This document shows, piece after piece, positions 20,226 to 29,949 of a stretch of 64,000 nucleotides of DNA (position 1 is its first letter; the number at the start of each line of letters is the position of its first letter). This DNA is from Myxococcota bacterium. Its GTDB lineage: Bacteria; Myxococcota_A; UBA9160; UBA4427. The notes under the pieces were generated by a model. It had not been told where the DNA came from. It ran no database searches and worked only from the letters and a program-made list of their open reading frames with translations. A program made the position numbers and the translations under genes. Where the stretch lies: contig OZ252299.1 in assembly GCA_965250285.1 (NCBI GenBank), forward strand, positions 608,001 through 672,000, given 5' to 3'.

Positions 20226-21806
20226 CTACTCGTCGAGATCGAGCCGCGAGTAGGGCGTGATGCTTCGAGACTCACCCGCCGCGATCGCATCGAGCAGGGC
20301 CTGGGACTTCGCGCTGATCCCGTTGCGGTGGGTCGCCACGAAGGCCGGTCGCGCGACGCGCACCGCGTCGTCGCGGCGCCCGAGTAGGATGTAGAGATCG
20401 GCGAGCGCGAGCCGGATCGAACGATCGCCGGGCACGAGGCGGTGCGCCCCTTCGAGCGTGTCGAGCCCCTTCTCGTGGGGCTCTCCCGGCAAGAGGAATG
20501 TCATGCCATACGAGGCGTAGGTCTCGGGCGTGGGGCCGCCGATCTTGCTCGCTCGCACGAAGTCGCGCCGGGCGCTCTTGAGCAGTCTTCGCCGCGCTTC
20601 GGGGTCGGCCGTGCGGGTCGCGCGGATCGTCGAGGCCTGGCCGCGATCGACGAAGCTGAGTGCGTCCTTTGGGTCGAGCTCTACGGCGCGGTCGAAGAGG
20701 GAGTGCGCGAGCTCGTCGTTTCCCTCGGTGCGCTCGACGGCGGCCAAGCCCGCCACCGCCCGTGCGCTTTCAGGCGCCACGGCGACCGCGTGCTCGAAGA
20801 GCCCGCGTGCGCAGGTCAGGTCATCGAGCATGAAGCAGAGGCTGCCAAGCCGCTCGGCGACTTCGTTCTCAGGGAGCTGACGCACCGACATCTCTTCGGA
20901 GAACTCGAGCGCGCTCAGCTGCACGCCGAACAGCTCGAGCTTTGCGCGGCGCCAGTACGCACGCACGGCTCGCTCGGCCTCCCGCAGCGTCGTCCCGAAG
21001 TACGTCTCGAACGCTTCTTCGACGGGAACGCCGTTCTGGGTCGCCTCGATGTACGGACCGAGGCCCTTCTGCATGATCTCGCGTCGCGCGCTGTCGGTGT
21101 ACCAGTAGTTCACGAAGACCCAGGCCTGGGCGTAGAACATGCCCTGCTTCTCGGGTCTCCAGGCGGGGTAGTCGACCGGTTCGAGAAACTCGGCCATTGG
21201 GATCCAGGCCGAGTACTTCAAGTTCGAAAGCCGGTGATCAGCCAGGTTTCCCAAAACGACGGCTCTTCTCTTCTCCTGCGCCAGGGCCATGAACTCGGCG
21301 AAGCCTTCGTCGAACCACATCGGATACACCAGCCCCGACCCGTTTCGGAGCAGCCAGTGCGTGTACTCGTGCTTGAGGATGTTCGACGCGCCCATCGACC
21401 GGTCGTCCGATGTGGTCAGCACGTTCGCACGCAGTCGAGGGATCATGTACCCGACGGTCCGGTCCGAGACGTTGAACGGCCCAAAGCTGGTATTGGCGTT
21501 GAACGCATAGATCCAGGTCGGGTGGCGCGAAGTAAGGTCGTTGCCCTCGATCATCAGGAGCACGGCCGCTCGAAAGACCTCGAGATCGCGCGCTTGGCGA
21601 CGCGCCCTGGCCTCGCTCTGATCGGTCCAGATCGTGAAGTGCTCGCTGCGCACCTCGATCCAGCGACGCTTCGCGGCGACGTTGACGGCCGCGGGGGCGC
21701 AGCCGCTCGCGACGAGGGCGATCCCCATGAGCAGGGCGAGGTGGAGGGCGAGCGCGAATCGAGACGAGGTGAGCCGGTGCCGAACCAGCGAGCGCGAACG
21801 GTTCAT
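20226..21806 (-). CDS. Lipoprotein with gluzincin/DUF1570-like metallopeptidase domain and TPR repeats
   Basis: Lipobox ASGC; HEYTH plus WFDEGFAE; FYAQAW; C-terminal TPR-like helices. Confidence 0.7.
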   Translation of the reverse strand: MNRSRSLVRHRLTSSRFALALHLALLMGIALVASGCAPAAVNVAAKRRWIEVRSEHFTIWTDQSEARARRQARDLEVFRAAVLLMIEGNDLTSRHPTWIYAFNANTSFGPFNVSDRTVGYMIPRLRANVLTTSDDRSMGASNILKHEYTHWLLRNGSGLVYPMWFDEGFAEFMALAQEKRRAVVLGNLADHRLSNLKYSAWIPMAEFLEPVDYPAWRPEKQGMFYAQAWVFVNYWYTDSARREIMQKGLGPYIEATQNGVPVEEAFETYFGTTLREAERAVRAYWRRAKLELFGVQLSALEFSEEMSVRQLPENEVAERLGSLCFMLDDLTCARGLFEHAVAVAPESARAVAGLAAVERTEGNDELAHSLFDRAVELDPKDALSFVDRGQASTIRATRTADPEARRRLLKSARRDFVRASKIGGPTPETYASYGMTFLLPGEPHEKGLDTLEGAHRLVPGDRSIRLALADLYILLGRRDDAVRVARPAFVATHRNGISAKSQALLDAIAAGESRSITPYSRLDLDE

Positions 21807-21872
21807 GCCCCGAATCTAACAGGACGCGGGGCGGCGCGGTCGACCACCATCGCGCCCGTCATATGTCGCCCG

Positions 21873-22841
21873 CTACAGCTCGTACTCCTCGCCATCCTCG
21901 GGCACGATGATCTCGCCGTCGTACTCGTTGGCGACGATCGAGCGCACCTGCAGATCGAAGAAGGGCGGCGGGCGCAATCGGATCAGCATGAGCCGAGGTA
22001 CGCCGGCCTTCGTCGCGTACTGTCCCACCTCGAGCAGCGGCGTCGAGACCGCGGCCTCGCGCTCGAGGCGCTCCGCGTCGGCGACGACGCCGGCGGGCTC
22101 GAGATCTTCGGTCGGGGGGATGTAGGCGCCGTCGTGCACGAGCAGGTCGGCGCCGCGGGCGAAGTCGATCAGGGTATCGGCGCCCCATCCGGTGCCCGAT
22201 ACCACGACCGTTCGGCCGCTGGCCTCGAAGCGCCACGCGAGCGCGGGGATCGGGCCGCCGGGCAGGGCGACGGCCGTGAGTAGAACACCGTTCTGGTTTA
22301 GCTCGAAGCCGTCTCCGACCTCGATGGCCTCGACCCGCGCGCCCTCCGCCGGCAAGCCCAGCGCATCGCCGAGCGCCCCCATCCCGGGCGCCAGGCTGGC
22401 CGTGAGCGCCTCGATGGCGGCCTGCGTGCCCGGCGGTCCATAGACGCGAATCGGGCCGTCTCGGCCGACGAGGAGCCCCGTGTAGATCAGATCCCCGATG
22501 CCCAGCAGGTTGTCGGGCATCAGGGTCGTCAACACGATCGTGCGGGGCTGATCGACCGGAATGCGCGACTTGCGCAGGGCCGGCGCCAGACCCCGCCCGG
22601 CGTCGACCAGCCAGATCGACTCGCCGAGGCCGATGGCCGTCGAGGGGCCAAGGCGTTCGGGGTTCTCGTACTTCCCGCCGGTGCCGACGCTCACGACGGT
22701 GAGCCGCTCGAAGTCGCGGGGCTCGACCAGGCCGACGATCTCGCCGATCTCGGCGGCGCGCCACATGACGAACGCCGCCATCCAGCCGCCGAAGAGCACG
22801 ACGGCGATCACGACGAGAGCGATGACGCGAACGGGAAACAT
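21873..22841 (-). CDS. Membrane-anchored RNase Z-like MBL-fold protein with degenerate metal site
   Basis: VGTGG, LVDAGRG, IRVYGPPG, FARGADLLVHD motifs; the HxHxDH position reads TLMPDN. Confidence 0.75.
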   Translation of the reverse strand: MFPVRVIALVVIAVVLFGGWMAAFVMWRAAEIGEIVGLVEPRDFERLTVVSVGTGGKYENPERLGPSTAIGLGESIWLVDAGRGLAPALRKSRIPVDQPRTIVLTTLMPDNLLGIGDLIYTGLLVGRDGPIRVYGPPGTQAAIEALTASLAPGMGALGDALGLPAEGARVEAIEVGDGFELNQNGVLLTAVALPGGPIPALAWRFEASGRTVVVSGTGWGADTLIDFARGADLLVHDGAYIPPTEDLEPAGVVADAERLEREAAVSTPLLEVGQYATKAGVPRLMLIRLRPPPFFDLQVRSIVANEYDGEIIVPEDGEEYEL

Positions 22842-22929
22842 CGAGGTGGGCCTCCTGGTCGGCGGCGACGGGCTCGGGCATGCGTCGCCGTCGGTGGCTG
22901 CTGGGATCAACCGGGACGAGCCTCGCGGC

Positions 22930-23823
22930 TCAGTCGAACACCACGGTCTTGTTGTCGTACTCGAGCACCCGACGCTCGAGGTGGGCCCGCACGGCCCGCG
23001 CGAGCACGTTGCGCTCGACGTCTCGGCCCTTGCGCACCAGATCAGACACCGAGTCGCGATGTGACACGCGGATCACGTCCTGATCGATGATCGGTCCTTC
23101 GTCGAGATCGGTCGTGGCGTAGTGCGCGGTGGCGCCGATCAGCTTGACGCCTCGCTCATGGGCCTGGTGATAGGGGCGCCCGCCCTGGAACGCGGGCAGG
23201 AACGAGTGATGGATGTTGATGATGCGGGACGGATGTGCGGCGATGAAATCGGCCGACAGGATTTGCATGTACCGCGCCATCACGATGAGATCGATGCCGT
23301 GCTCTTCGATGAGCGCGAGCTGACTCGCTTCGGCCTCGGGCTTCGTCGCCTTGGTCACGGGCGTCACCACGTAGGGGATCCCGAACTGCTCGGCGACGGC
23401 GCGAAGCGTCTCGTGGTTGCTGACGATCAGCGGGATGTCGCAGACGAGCTCGCCCGCGCGGTGGCGCAGCAGCAGGTCGTAGAGACAGTGATCGGTCTTC
23501 GAGACGAAGATCGCGACGCGGCTGCGGTGCGCCTCGTCGTGGAGCGACCAGCTCATGCCGTGCCCCTCGGCGATGGGCTCGAGCGCTCGGCCGATCGCTT
23601 CGAGCGGGTCGGGGCTCGCTTCGCTGGCCCAGTCGAAGCGGATCCGCTGGAAGAACTTGCCCGCGACGACGTCGGTGTGCTGATCGGCATCGAGCAGGTT
23701 GACGCCGTGGTCGAAGAGCGTCTGGGCCAGCACGGCGACCAGGCCCGGGCGGTCGTCGCAGCACACGAGCAGCGTGGCCGTGCGGCGATCGGTCGGCGTG
23801 GCATTCGACGAGGCGGCGGTCAA
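22930..23823 (-). CDS. purU: Formyltetrahydrofolate deformylase
   Basis: ACT domain; HCLYDLL, ARYMQILS, INIHHSFLPAF, GVKLIGATAHY, NKTVVF. Confidence 0.96.
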   Translation of the reverse strand: MTAASSNATPTDRRTATLLVCCDDRPGLVAVLAQTLFDHGVNLLDADQHTDVVAGKFFQRIRFDWASEASPDPLEAIGRALEPIAEGHGMSWSLHDEAHRSRVAIFVSKTDHCLYDLLLRHRAGELVCDIPLIVSNHETLRAVAEQFGIPYVVTPVTKATKPEAEASQLALIEEHGIDLIVMARYMQILSADFIAAHPSRIINIHHSFLPAFQGGRPYHQAHERGVKLIGATAHYATTDLDEGPIIDQDVIRVSHRDSVSDLVRKGRDVERNVLARAVRAHLERRVLEYDNKTVVFD

Positions 23824-23995
23824 CGGACTCTCCGGATGAAGGGGGTGGGGCGCGGGCTGCCTCGGTCGGGCGGCCGATTCTCGATCAGCTTCGTCCAGAT
23901 CTCCAGGTGTGCGACAAAACCGTGCCGATTCGTGCGCTTGGAGGTGAAGCTGCAGGTCGTGCTGGATCGCCCCGAAAGCTTCCGGTACTTTGCCG

Positions 23996-24346
23996 GGGAG
24001 GGAATATCACTCATTCCCGAGTCTCGGGTCCGGCCCCAATGGGGGGTCAGTGCTCGGGGCGGCCTGAAAGGGGCGGACACGGCGCCCACCCTGGACGGGA
24101 ACCTGGCGAGGATGGGGCCTCGCCGATTCTCTTCTATGCCGATATGGGAGGTGAGAATGCATCAACGTAGCACTACGGCGAGTGAGGTGGCGGCGTCCTG
24201 AACGCACGGCTTTCATCGCCAAGTCCATACCGAGCTTTCGCTTGGTAACGGTGCTGCGCGGGACGCAGGTTCCCAGCGCCGCCGTCCCTGGGGTCGCGGA
24301 TGTCGTAGCCGCTTCGGGGTCTTCGGACCCGGCCCCGGGGATTTTT
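23996..24346 (+). ncRNA. Candidate structured non-coding RNA (unassigned)
   Basis: Intergenic; putative -10 TACTTT at 23986; stacked hairpins; long-range 9-bp helix gggaacctg/caggttccc; cUUCGg hairpin and T5 tail. Confidence 0.4.
24285..24346 (+). terminator. Intrinsic terminator-like structure
   Basis: tccctggggtcg/cggccccgggga stem enclosing gggtcttcggaccc, followed by TTTTT. Confidence 0.55.
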
Positions 24347-24454
24347 GTGCCCGGCGTCCGACGGGCCGCTCTTCGAGCACGCACACTCGGCGGCCATCGC
24401 GCCGACCGTCCGTTCAGCCGGGTCGGCTGAACGCCGCCAGACCCTGCAACCGGC

Positions 24455-24922
24455 TCAGCCCGACCGGCTGAGCATGCCCAACCAGACGAACCCGGCCGAG
24501 ACGACGCCGAGCACGGCGCCGGCGAGGGCGACGCGGCCCGCGATGCGGTGCCGATGGAGATCGCTCGGGCTCGGTGCCGGCGCGTCGGGCGTCGTCGCGA
24601 AGAGGCGCGACTTCTTGATTCGCCCGCCGAGCACCAGCGCGGTGCCGCCGCCGATGAGCATCGCCAGGACGCAGAGCTCGTGGAAGCGCAGCGTCCAGAC
24701 CGCCGCGCTCGACCACGTATCGAGATCCTCGCGGCCGAGCGTCGCGAGCTTGACCACGTACGCGACGAGGAACACCCCGACGAGACTCGCTGCGATCAGC
24801 ATCGAACGCCGATGTCGCGCGCGCTCGCCGCGCCTGATCTGCTGGATGCCCGCCACGGCGAAGCCGGTGAGGGCCGCGAAGTTGAGCACCGCGGCCCCCC
24901 AGAAGATCACCTTCGCATCCAT
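24455..24922 (-). CDS. DUF420-family membrane protein
   Basis: 4 TM; GIQQIRRG...HRRSM...FLVAY, LRFHE, HRIAGR. Confidence 0.75.
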   Translation of the reverse strand: MDAKVIFWGAAVLNFAALTGFAVAGIQQIRRGERARHRRSMLIAASLVGVFLVAYVVKLATLGREDLDTWSSAAVWTLRFHELCVLAMLIGGGTALVLGGRIKKSRLFATTPDAPAPSPSDLHRHRIAGRVALAGAVLGVVSAGFVWLGMLSRSG

Positions 24923-25143
24923 CGATCGGATTCTCCGTGGCGGCCGGCTGAGAGCAGGGGAGGTCGCCGGTCGTCGCGCCGGCGCCGTGGCGGCCGATTC
25001 TAGGCAGCTCGCGCGACTCCGGCCACGCCTCGACGCAGCGCGCAGCGCGCGATTCGAGCGCCGTATCGAGGGGGCCAGGCACGCGGCCCCGCGCTCGTTC
25101 GCACGGGTCGCGCCGCGGCCGCACGCCGCGATACGCTCGCGCC

Positions 25144-25890
25144 ATGTCATCGGCCGCTGTCGTGATCCCCGCGCGCTGGGCATCGTCGCGCCTGCCCGGC
25201 AAGCCACTCGTCCCGCTGCTCGGTCGACCGATGATCGAGTGGGTGCATGCGGCCGCCGCGCGCTGCGAGCGCGTGACGCGGGTGGTCGTCGCCACCGACG
25301 ACGCGCGCATCGCGGCGGCCTGCGAGGGCTTCGGTGCGCAGGTCGCCTGGACCCGAGCCGATCACCCGAGCGGCAGCGACCGCGTGGCCGAGGTGGCCGA
25401 CTCGCTCACCGAGGACGTCATCGTCAACGTGCAGGGCGACGAGCCGCTGCTCGAGCCCCGGCTGCTCGATGCGCTCCTCGACGCGCTCGCGGGCGATCAA
25501 GAGGCCCGGGTCGCGACGCTGGTGACGCCGGGTGAGCCCGATCGCTTCGAGGATCCGAACTGTGTGAAGGTGCTGCTCGATGCGCGTCGGCGCGCGCTCG
25601 TGTTCACGCGCGCGCCGGTGCCCGCGGTGCGCAAGGGCGAGCCGCCGCCCGAGTTCTGGCACCACGTCGGGCTCTACGCCTACACGCGCGAAGGCCTCTT
25701 CGACTTCGTGCGCCGCCCGACGAGCCCCCTCGAGCGCGCCGAACGCCTCGAGCAGCTGCGCGTGCTCGAAGCGGGTGAGCCGATCGCCGTCGGCTGCGTG
25801 CCCGACTGGCGCGGTACGGCCGTCGACGTGGTGCAGGACGTCGCCCGTGCCGAGGCGGCGCTGCGGCGAGCGGGTCGACTCGAGCCCTGA
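25144..25890 (+). CDS. kdsB: 3-deoxy-manno-octulosonate cytidylyltransferase (CMP-KDO synthetase)
   Basis: IPARWASSRLPGKPL, SGSDRVAE, VNVQGDEP, HVGLYAY, LEQLRVLE. Confidence 0.95.
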   Translation: MSSAAVVIPARWASSRLPGKPLVPLLGRPMIEWVHAAAARCERVTRVVVATDDARIAAACEGFGAQVAWTRADHPSGSDRVAEVADSLTEDVIVNVQGDEPLLEPRLLDALLDALAGDQEARVATLVTPGEPDRFEDPNCVKVLLDARRRALVFTRAPVPAVRKGEPPPEFWHHVGLYAYTREGLFDFVRRPTSPLERAERLEQLRVLEAGEPIAVGCVPDWRGTAVDVVQDVARAEAALRRAGRLEP

Positions 25891-25945
25891 GCCGGTTCGC
25901 GATCGAGCGACGTCGTGGACCCGCACCGCGCCGGGCCAGCGCGGA

Positions 25946-27898
25946 TCAGGCCGCGCCGCGCGACTGCAGCTCGGTGAAGCGCCGGTAGCGGCCATCGGGC
26001 AGGGCCATCAGCGCCTCGTGCGAGCCGCGCTCGACGATCCGGCCGTCGTCGATGAAGCAGATCTCGTCGGCCGCGCGGATCGTCGACAGTCGGTGCGCGA
26101 TCACGACCACGAGCCGACCCGCGCGGGCGTGGTGCAGCGTCTCGACGAGCTGGGCCTCGGTGCGCGGATCGAGCGCCGATGTCGGCTCGTCGAGCACCAG
26201 GATCGAGGCATCGCGCACCAGCGCCCGCGCGATCGAGAGCCGCTGCTTCTGACCGACGCTCAGCTTGCCGCCGCGCTGCCCGAGCGGCGTGTCGATGCCC
26301 TGGGGCAGGCGTTCGACGAACTCGCTGGCGCCGGCGAGTCGCAGCGCGCGGGCGATCTCGATCGGCGTCGCGTCGGGCTTCGCGATGCGCATGTTGTCGG
26401 CGACCGTCCCGTCGAAGAGCTGCGTCTCTTGAAACACGAACGCGGTGCGCTCGCGCAGGCTGGCGAGGCTGAACTCGCGCGCGTCGACGCCGTCGATCGT
26501 CATGCGCCCTTCGGTGGGGGTGAGAAAACGCGGCAGCATCGACGCGACCGTCGTCTTGCCGGCGCCGGCCGGGCCGGCCAGCGCGATCATGCGGCCGACC
26601 GGAAAGTCGGCGTCGACGCCTTCGAGCGCCGGCGTGCCGTCGGGATACGCGTACGACACGCCCTCGAGCCGCACGCCCTCGCGCACGGCTTCGAGCGTGC
26701 GGGTGCCCGCGTCGTCGGCCTCGTTCGGGAGATCCATCAAGAAGAAGACGCGCTCGATGCCTGCGGCCGCCTCCTGCACCCGGAACCAGGTCATGCCGAG
26801 GATCACCGCGGGCGTCACGAGTCGGCCGTAGTAGACGATCAACAAGCTGAAGTCGCCGAGGGTGAGGGTCTTCGCGATCACGTCGTCGCAGATGCGAAAG
26901 AACGCCCAGACCCAGATCACCGCGACCGGCACGATCGCCGCGATCAGCCCCGCGATCTGAAGCAGCAGCAGCCGCCGAAACTGACCGAACGACTCCCAGC
27001 TGTCGTCGTCGAAGCGCGTGCGTTGCCGATCCTCACCGCCGAGGCTCTGCACCGCGAGCATGTTCGAGATGCCCTCTTCGGTCGTGCTCGTGGTCTTCGA
27101 GCCGGCCTCGCGGCTCGCCTGGCTGCCTCGGCGTACCGAGGCGACGAGCGGCAGGCTGCCGAAGAACGCCGCCGGGATCATTGCGAGCGATGCGGCGAGC
27201 AGGTGGGGCTGGGGGCCGTAGGTGAGCCAGATGATCCAGGTGGTCAGCAGGATCACGAGCGGCGAGGTGACGGGTGTCAGAAGGATCCGATACGCGGCGT
27301 TCGTGATGGCCGGCGTGTCGTACATGACGCGATAGACCGCGTCGCCGATGCGCTCGTCGGCGAAGGTCGTGATCGGCAGCTGCTGCACGCGCTCGAAGAG
27401 CTTCGACCGGTAGTAGTGGTTGATCGCCTGGCTGAGCTTGAGGGTGAAGCGGAAGTCGACGAGACCGAGGAGCCCGCCCGCAAAACTCCAGCCCGAGTTC
27501 GCCTCGGCTTCGGTGCGGGTCGCCGTGTCGTGACCCTGCGCGAGGTTGGCTTCGGCCGAGTCGCTCTGGCCGCCGGCCGTGCCGAACGAGCCGGCGAGCA
27601 GGAAGAGCCCGAACTGCAGCGCGACCAGCACCATCAGGATCTGGTAGGGGTCGCGCCCTTCGAGCACGTGGATCAGCGGCTGGATGAAGAACGGGTACGG
27701 ACGCTCGGCGTCGGCGATCGGCTGCTTCAGCACGACGTTGTCGACGATCATCTTGACCGGCCACGGCACGATCAGCATCGGCAGCAGCGACAGCATGATG
27801 AACGCCGCCTTGATCGCGAAGCGGCCCGAGAAAGGGCGTACGTAGCGGGTGGCTTTGCGGACGATCTCGAGCCCGCTGAGCGGCTGGCCGGGGCTCAT
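25946..27898 (-). CDS. ABC exporter half-transporter (TMD+NBD)
   Basis: Walker A GPAGAGKTT, signature LSVGQKQR, Walker B LVLDEPT; ATGA overlap with the upstream partner. Confidence 0.92.
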   Translation of the reverse strand: MSPGQPLSGLEIVRKATRYVRPFSGRFAIKAAFIMLSLLPMLIVPWPVKMIVDNVVLKQPIADAERPYPFFIQPLIHVLEGRDPYQILMVLVALQFGLFLLAGSFGTAGGQSDSAEANLAQGHDTATRTEAEANSGWSFAGGLLGLVDFRFTLKLSQAINHYYRSKLFERVQQLPITTFADERIGDAVYRVMYDTPAITNAAYRILLTPVTSPLVILLTTWIIWLTYGPQPHLLAASLAMIPAAFFGSLPLVASVRRGSQASREAGSKTTSTTEEGISNMLAVQSLGGEDRQRTRFDDDSWESFGQFRRLLLLQIAGLIAAIVPVAVIWVWAFFRICDDVIAKTLTLGDFSLLIVYYGRLVTPAVILGMTWFRVQEAAAGIERVFFLMDLPNEADDAGTRTLEAVREGVRLEGVSYAYPDGTPALEGVDADFPVGRMIALAGPAGAGKTTVASMLPRFLTPTEGRMTIDGVDAREFSLASLRERTAFVFQETQLFDGTVADNMRIAKPDATPIEIARALRLAGASEFVERLPQGIDTPLGQRGGKLSVGQKQRLSIARALVRDASILVLDEPTSALDPRTEAQLVETLHHARAGRLVVVIAHRLSTIRAADEICFIDDGRIVERGSHEALMALPDGRYRRFTELQSRGAA

Positions 27899-29949
27899 CC
27901 CGCACCGCCTTCCGCCGTGAAGGCAGGGGCCTCGCCGCGGTCTGCGGCGTCGAGGCCGGCGAGCTCGGTCTCGACGAGCTCGCGGTAGGCACCCCCTGGC
28001 TTCGCCATCAGCTCGTCGTGCGAGCCGAGCTCTTCGATGCGACCGCCGCGCAGGAAGGCGATCTGGTCGGCCTGGCGGATCGTCGAGAGCCGGTGCGTGA
28101 TCAAGAAGATCGCGCGGCCCTCGCCCCAAGCCTGCAGGTTGCGCATGACGTTCAGCTCGGTCGACGCGTCGAGGCTGGCGGTCGGCTCGTCGAGCACGAG
28201 GATCGGCGTGTCTTTCAGTACGGCCCGCGCGATCGACAGCCGCTGGCGCTGCCCGGTCGACAAGCGCGACCCGCGCTCGCCGAGCGGCGTGTCGTAGCCC
28301 TCGGGCAGGCGCGTGATGAAGTCGTCGGCGCTCGCGACGCGCGCCGCCTCGCGCACCGCCTCGTCGTCGGCCCCGGGCACCGCGAAGCGGATGTTCTCGC
28401 GGATCGTCTCGCCGAACAGGATGTTCTCCTGCAGCGCGATCGAGATCGAGCTGCGCAGCGACTCGACGGTGTAGGCAGCGAGCGGCTCGCCGTCGATCGA
28501 GATGCGTCCTGCGTCGGGGTCGAAGAGGCGCAGCAGCAGCGCCATCAGCGTGCTCTTCCCCGAGCCGGTCGGGCCGACGATCGCCGTGATCGTGCCGACG
28601 CCCGCTTCGAGGTCGACACCGGTCAGCACGGGCCGATCGGCGCCGTAGGCGAATTGAACCGCCTCGAAGCGGATCGCGTCTTGCACGCCTGGGAGCGGGC
28701 GGGCATCGGGCGCGTCTTCGACCTCGGGCTCGAGGTCGAGCACCTCGAAGACCCGGTCGAGGCCGATGGCCACGTCCTGCAGTCGACCCCACATGCGGAA
28801 CAGGTCGCGGCCCCCGCCCGTCATGTCACCGGTGCGGTCCTTGAAGACGTTGAAGAGACCGATGGTCCAGCCGAGCGTGGTGATGCCGAGCGCGGCGAAG
28901 AGGCGGCCGCTGGTGCTCGACGGGTCGGACGCATCGAGCCACTGGGTGATCACGAGCGGCAGCTGGTCGCGCGCCGCCATGGCGGCCACCGCCATGGCGA
29001 AGATGCCGGCGCCGCCCATCAGCCAGAAGAGCAACACCTGGTAGATCGCGAAGCGGTTGCGGGCGACGAACGCCTCGTCGAATGCCGCGCGACTCGCCGT
29101 CTCGAAGCGTGTCTGGTGATTCGCCTCGGCGCCGTAGGCCTTGATCACCTGGATCCCCGCCAGGGTTTCCTGGATGCGCGAGGTCAGGTGGCTGTTCGTC
29201 TCGCGCGCACGGCGGAAGCCGACGCGCATCGGCTGCGCGTAGTAGCCGGCGATCACGAAGAGCACGGGCGCGATCAGGGCGAAGAAGAGCGCGGCCTCGA
29301 GGCTGAACGCCGCGAGGATCGCCGCCGTGAAGAGGATCCGGCCCGTGTGCCAGAGGGGCTCGATGAAGAGCACCTGCACCAGCTGCGTGACCATCGCGCT
29401 GTCCTGGTACATGCGATAGATCGCGTCGCCGACCGGGTTGTCCGAGTGAAAGCGCAGCGACAGCGCCTGAAAGCGGTCGAGCAGCTGCACGCGCAGCACC
29501 TGATTGATGCGCTGGAGGATCCACGTCTGGTAGTAGATCAGGCCGACCACGATCGGCGCCATCGCGATGCCGAGCCCGACGCTCCACGCCACCACCCACC
29601 GAACGATCTCGCGCTGCACTTCGGGAGCGAGCTTGTCGACGTCGACGGCGACGTCGGGCGCGTAGCCGAGGAGCGACGCGAGGCCGGGGTCGAGGGGCTC
29701 GCCGAGCAGGCCGCGGGTCCAGAACGTGTCGACCAGGATCACCGAGATCGGAAACGAGATCGTGACCAGCACGATGAAGCTCACGATCAGCTGGATGATG
29801 TGGCGGCGAACGGGCCGCAGCAGCGCGACGCAGCGCCAGAGCAGCGTGACGATCAGACGAAACGACAGCCGATCCTGGCGGGTGCCTTCACCGAGTCGCG
29901 AGAGCGTGGCGAGCGGCGAGTCGGGGGCGGGTTCGGGCGGCGACGACAT
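27895..29949 (-). CDS. ABC exporter half-transporter (TMD+NBD)
   Basis: GPTGSGKST, LSTGQRQR, LVLDEPT, ITHRL. Confidence 0.92.
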   Translation of the reverse strand: MSSPPEPAPDSPLATLSRLGEGTRQDRLSFRLIVTLLWRCVALLRPVRRHIIQLIVSFIVLVTISFPISVILVDTFWTRGLLGEPLDPGLASLLGYAPDVAVDVDKLAPEVQREIVRWVVAWSVGLGIAMAPIVVGLIYYQTWILQRINQVLRVQLLDRFQALSLRFHSDNPVGDAIYRMYQDSAMVTQLVQVLFIEPLWHTGRILFTAAILAAFSLEAALFFALIAPVLFVIAGYYAQPMRVGFRRARETNSHLTSRIQETLAGIQVIKAYGAEANHQTRFETASRAAFDEAFVARNRFAIYQVLLFWLMGGAGIFAMAVAAMAARDQLPLVITQWLDASDPSSTSGRLFAALGITTLGWTIGLFNVFKDRTGDMTGGGRDLFRMWGRLQDVAIGLDRVFEVLDLEPEVEDAPDARPLPGVQDAIRFEAVQFAYGADRPVLTGVDLEAGVGTITAIVGPTGSGKSTLMALLLRLFDPDAGRISIDGEPLAAYTVESLRSSISIALQENILFGETIRENIRFAVPGADDEAVREAARVASADDFITRLPEGYDTPLGERGSRLSTGQRQRLSIARAVLKDTPILVLDEPTASLDASTELNVMRNLQAWGEGRAIFLITHRLSTIRQADQIAFLRGGRIEELGSHDELMAKPGGAYRELVETELAGLDAADRGEAPAFTAEGGAG

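Noticed and set aside
23824..24000. ZTP or THF riboswitch upstream of purU
   Set aside because: Consensus elements were not found on the minus strand by eye; a cmscan would be definitive.
24157..24346. tmRNA, RNase P, or selenocysteine read-through of the TGA at 24199
   Set aside because: No tRNA-like ends, no GAGGAAAGUCC, and no selenoprotein-like context or clear SECIS.
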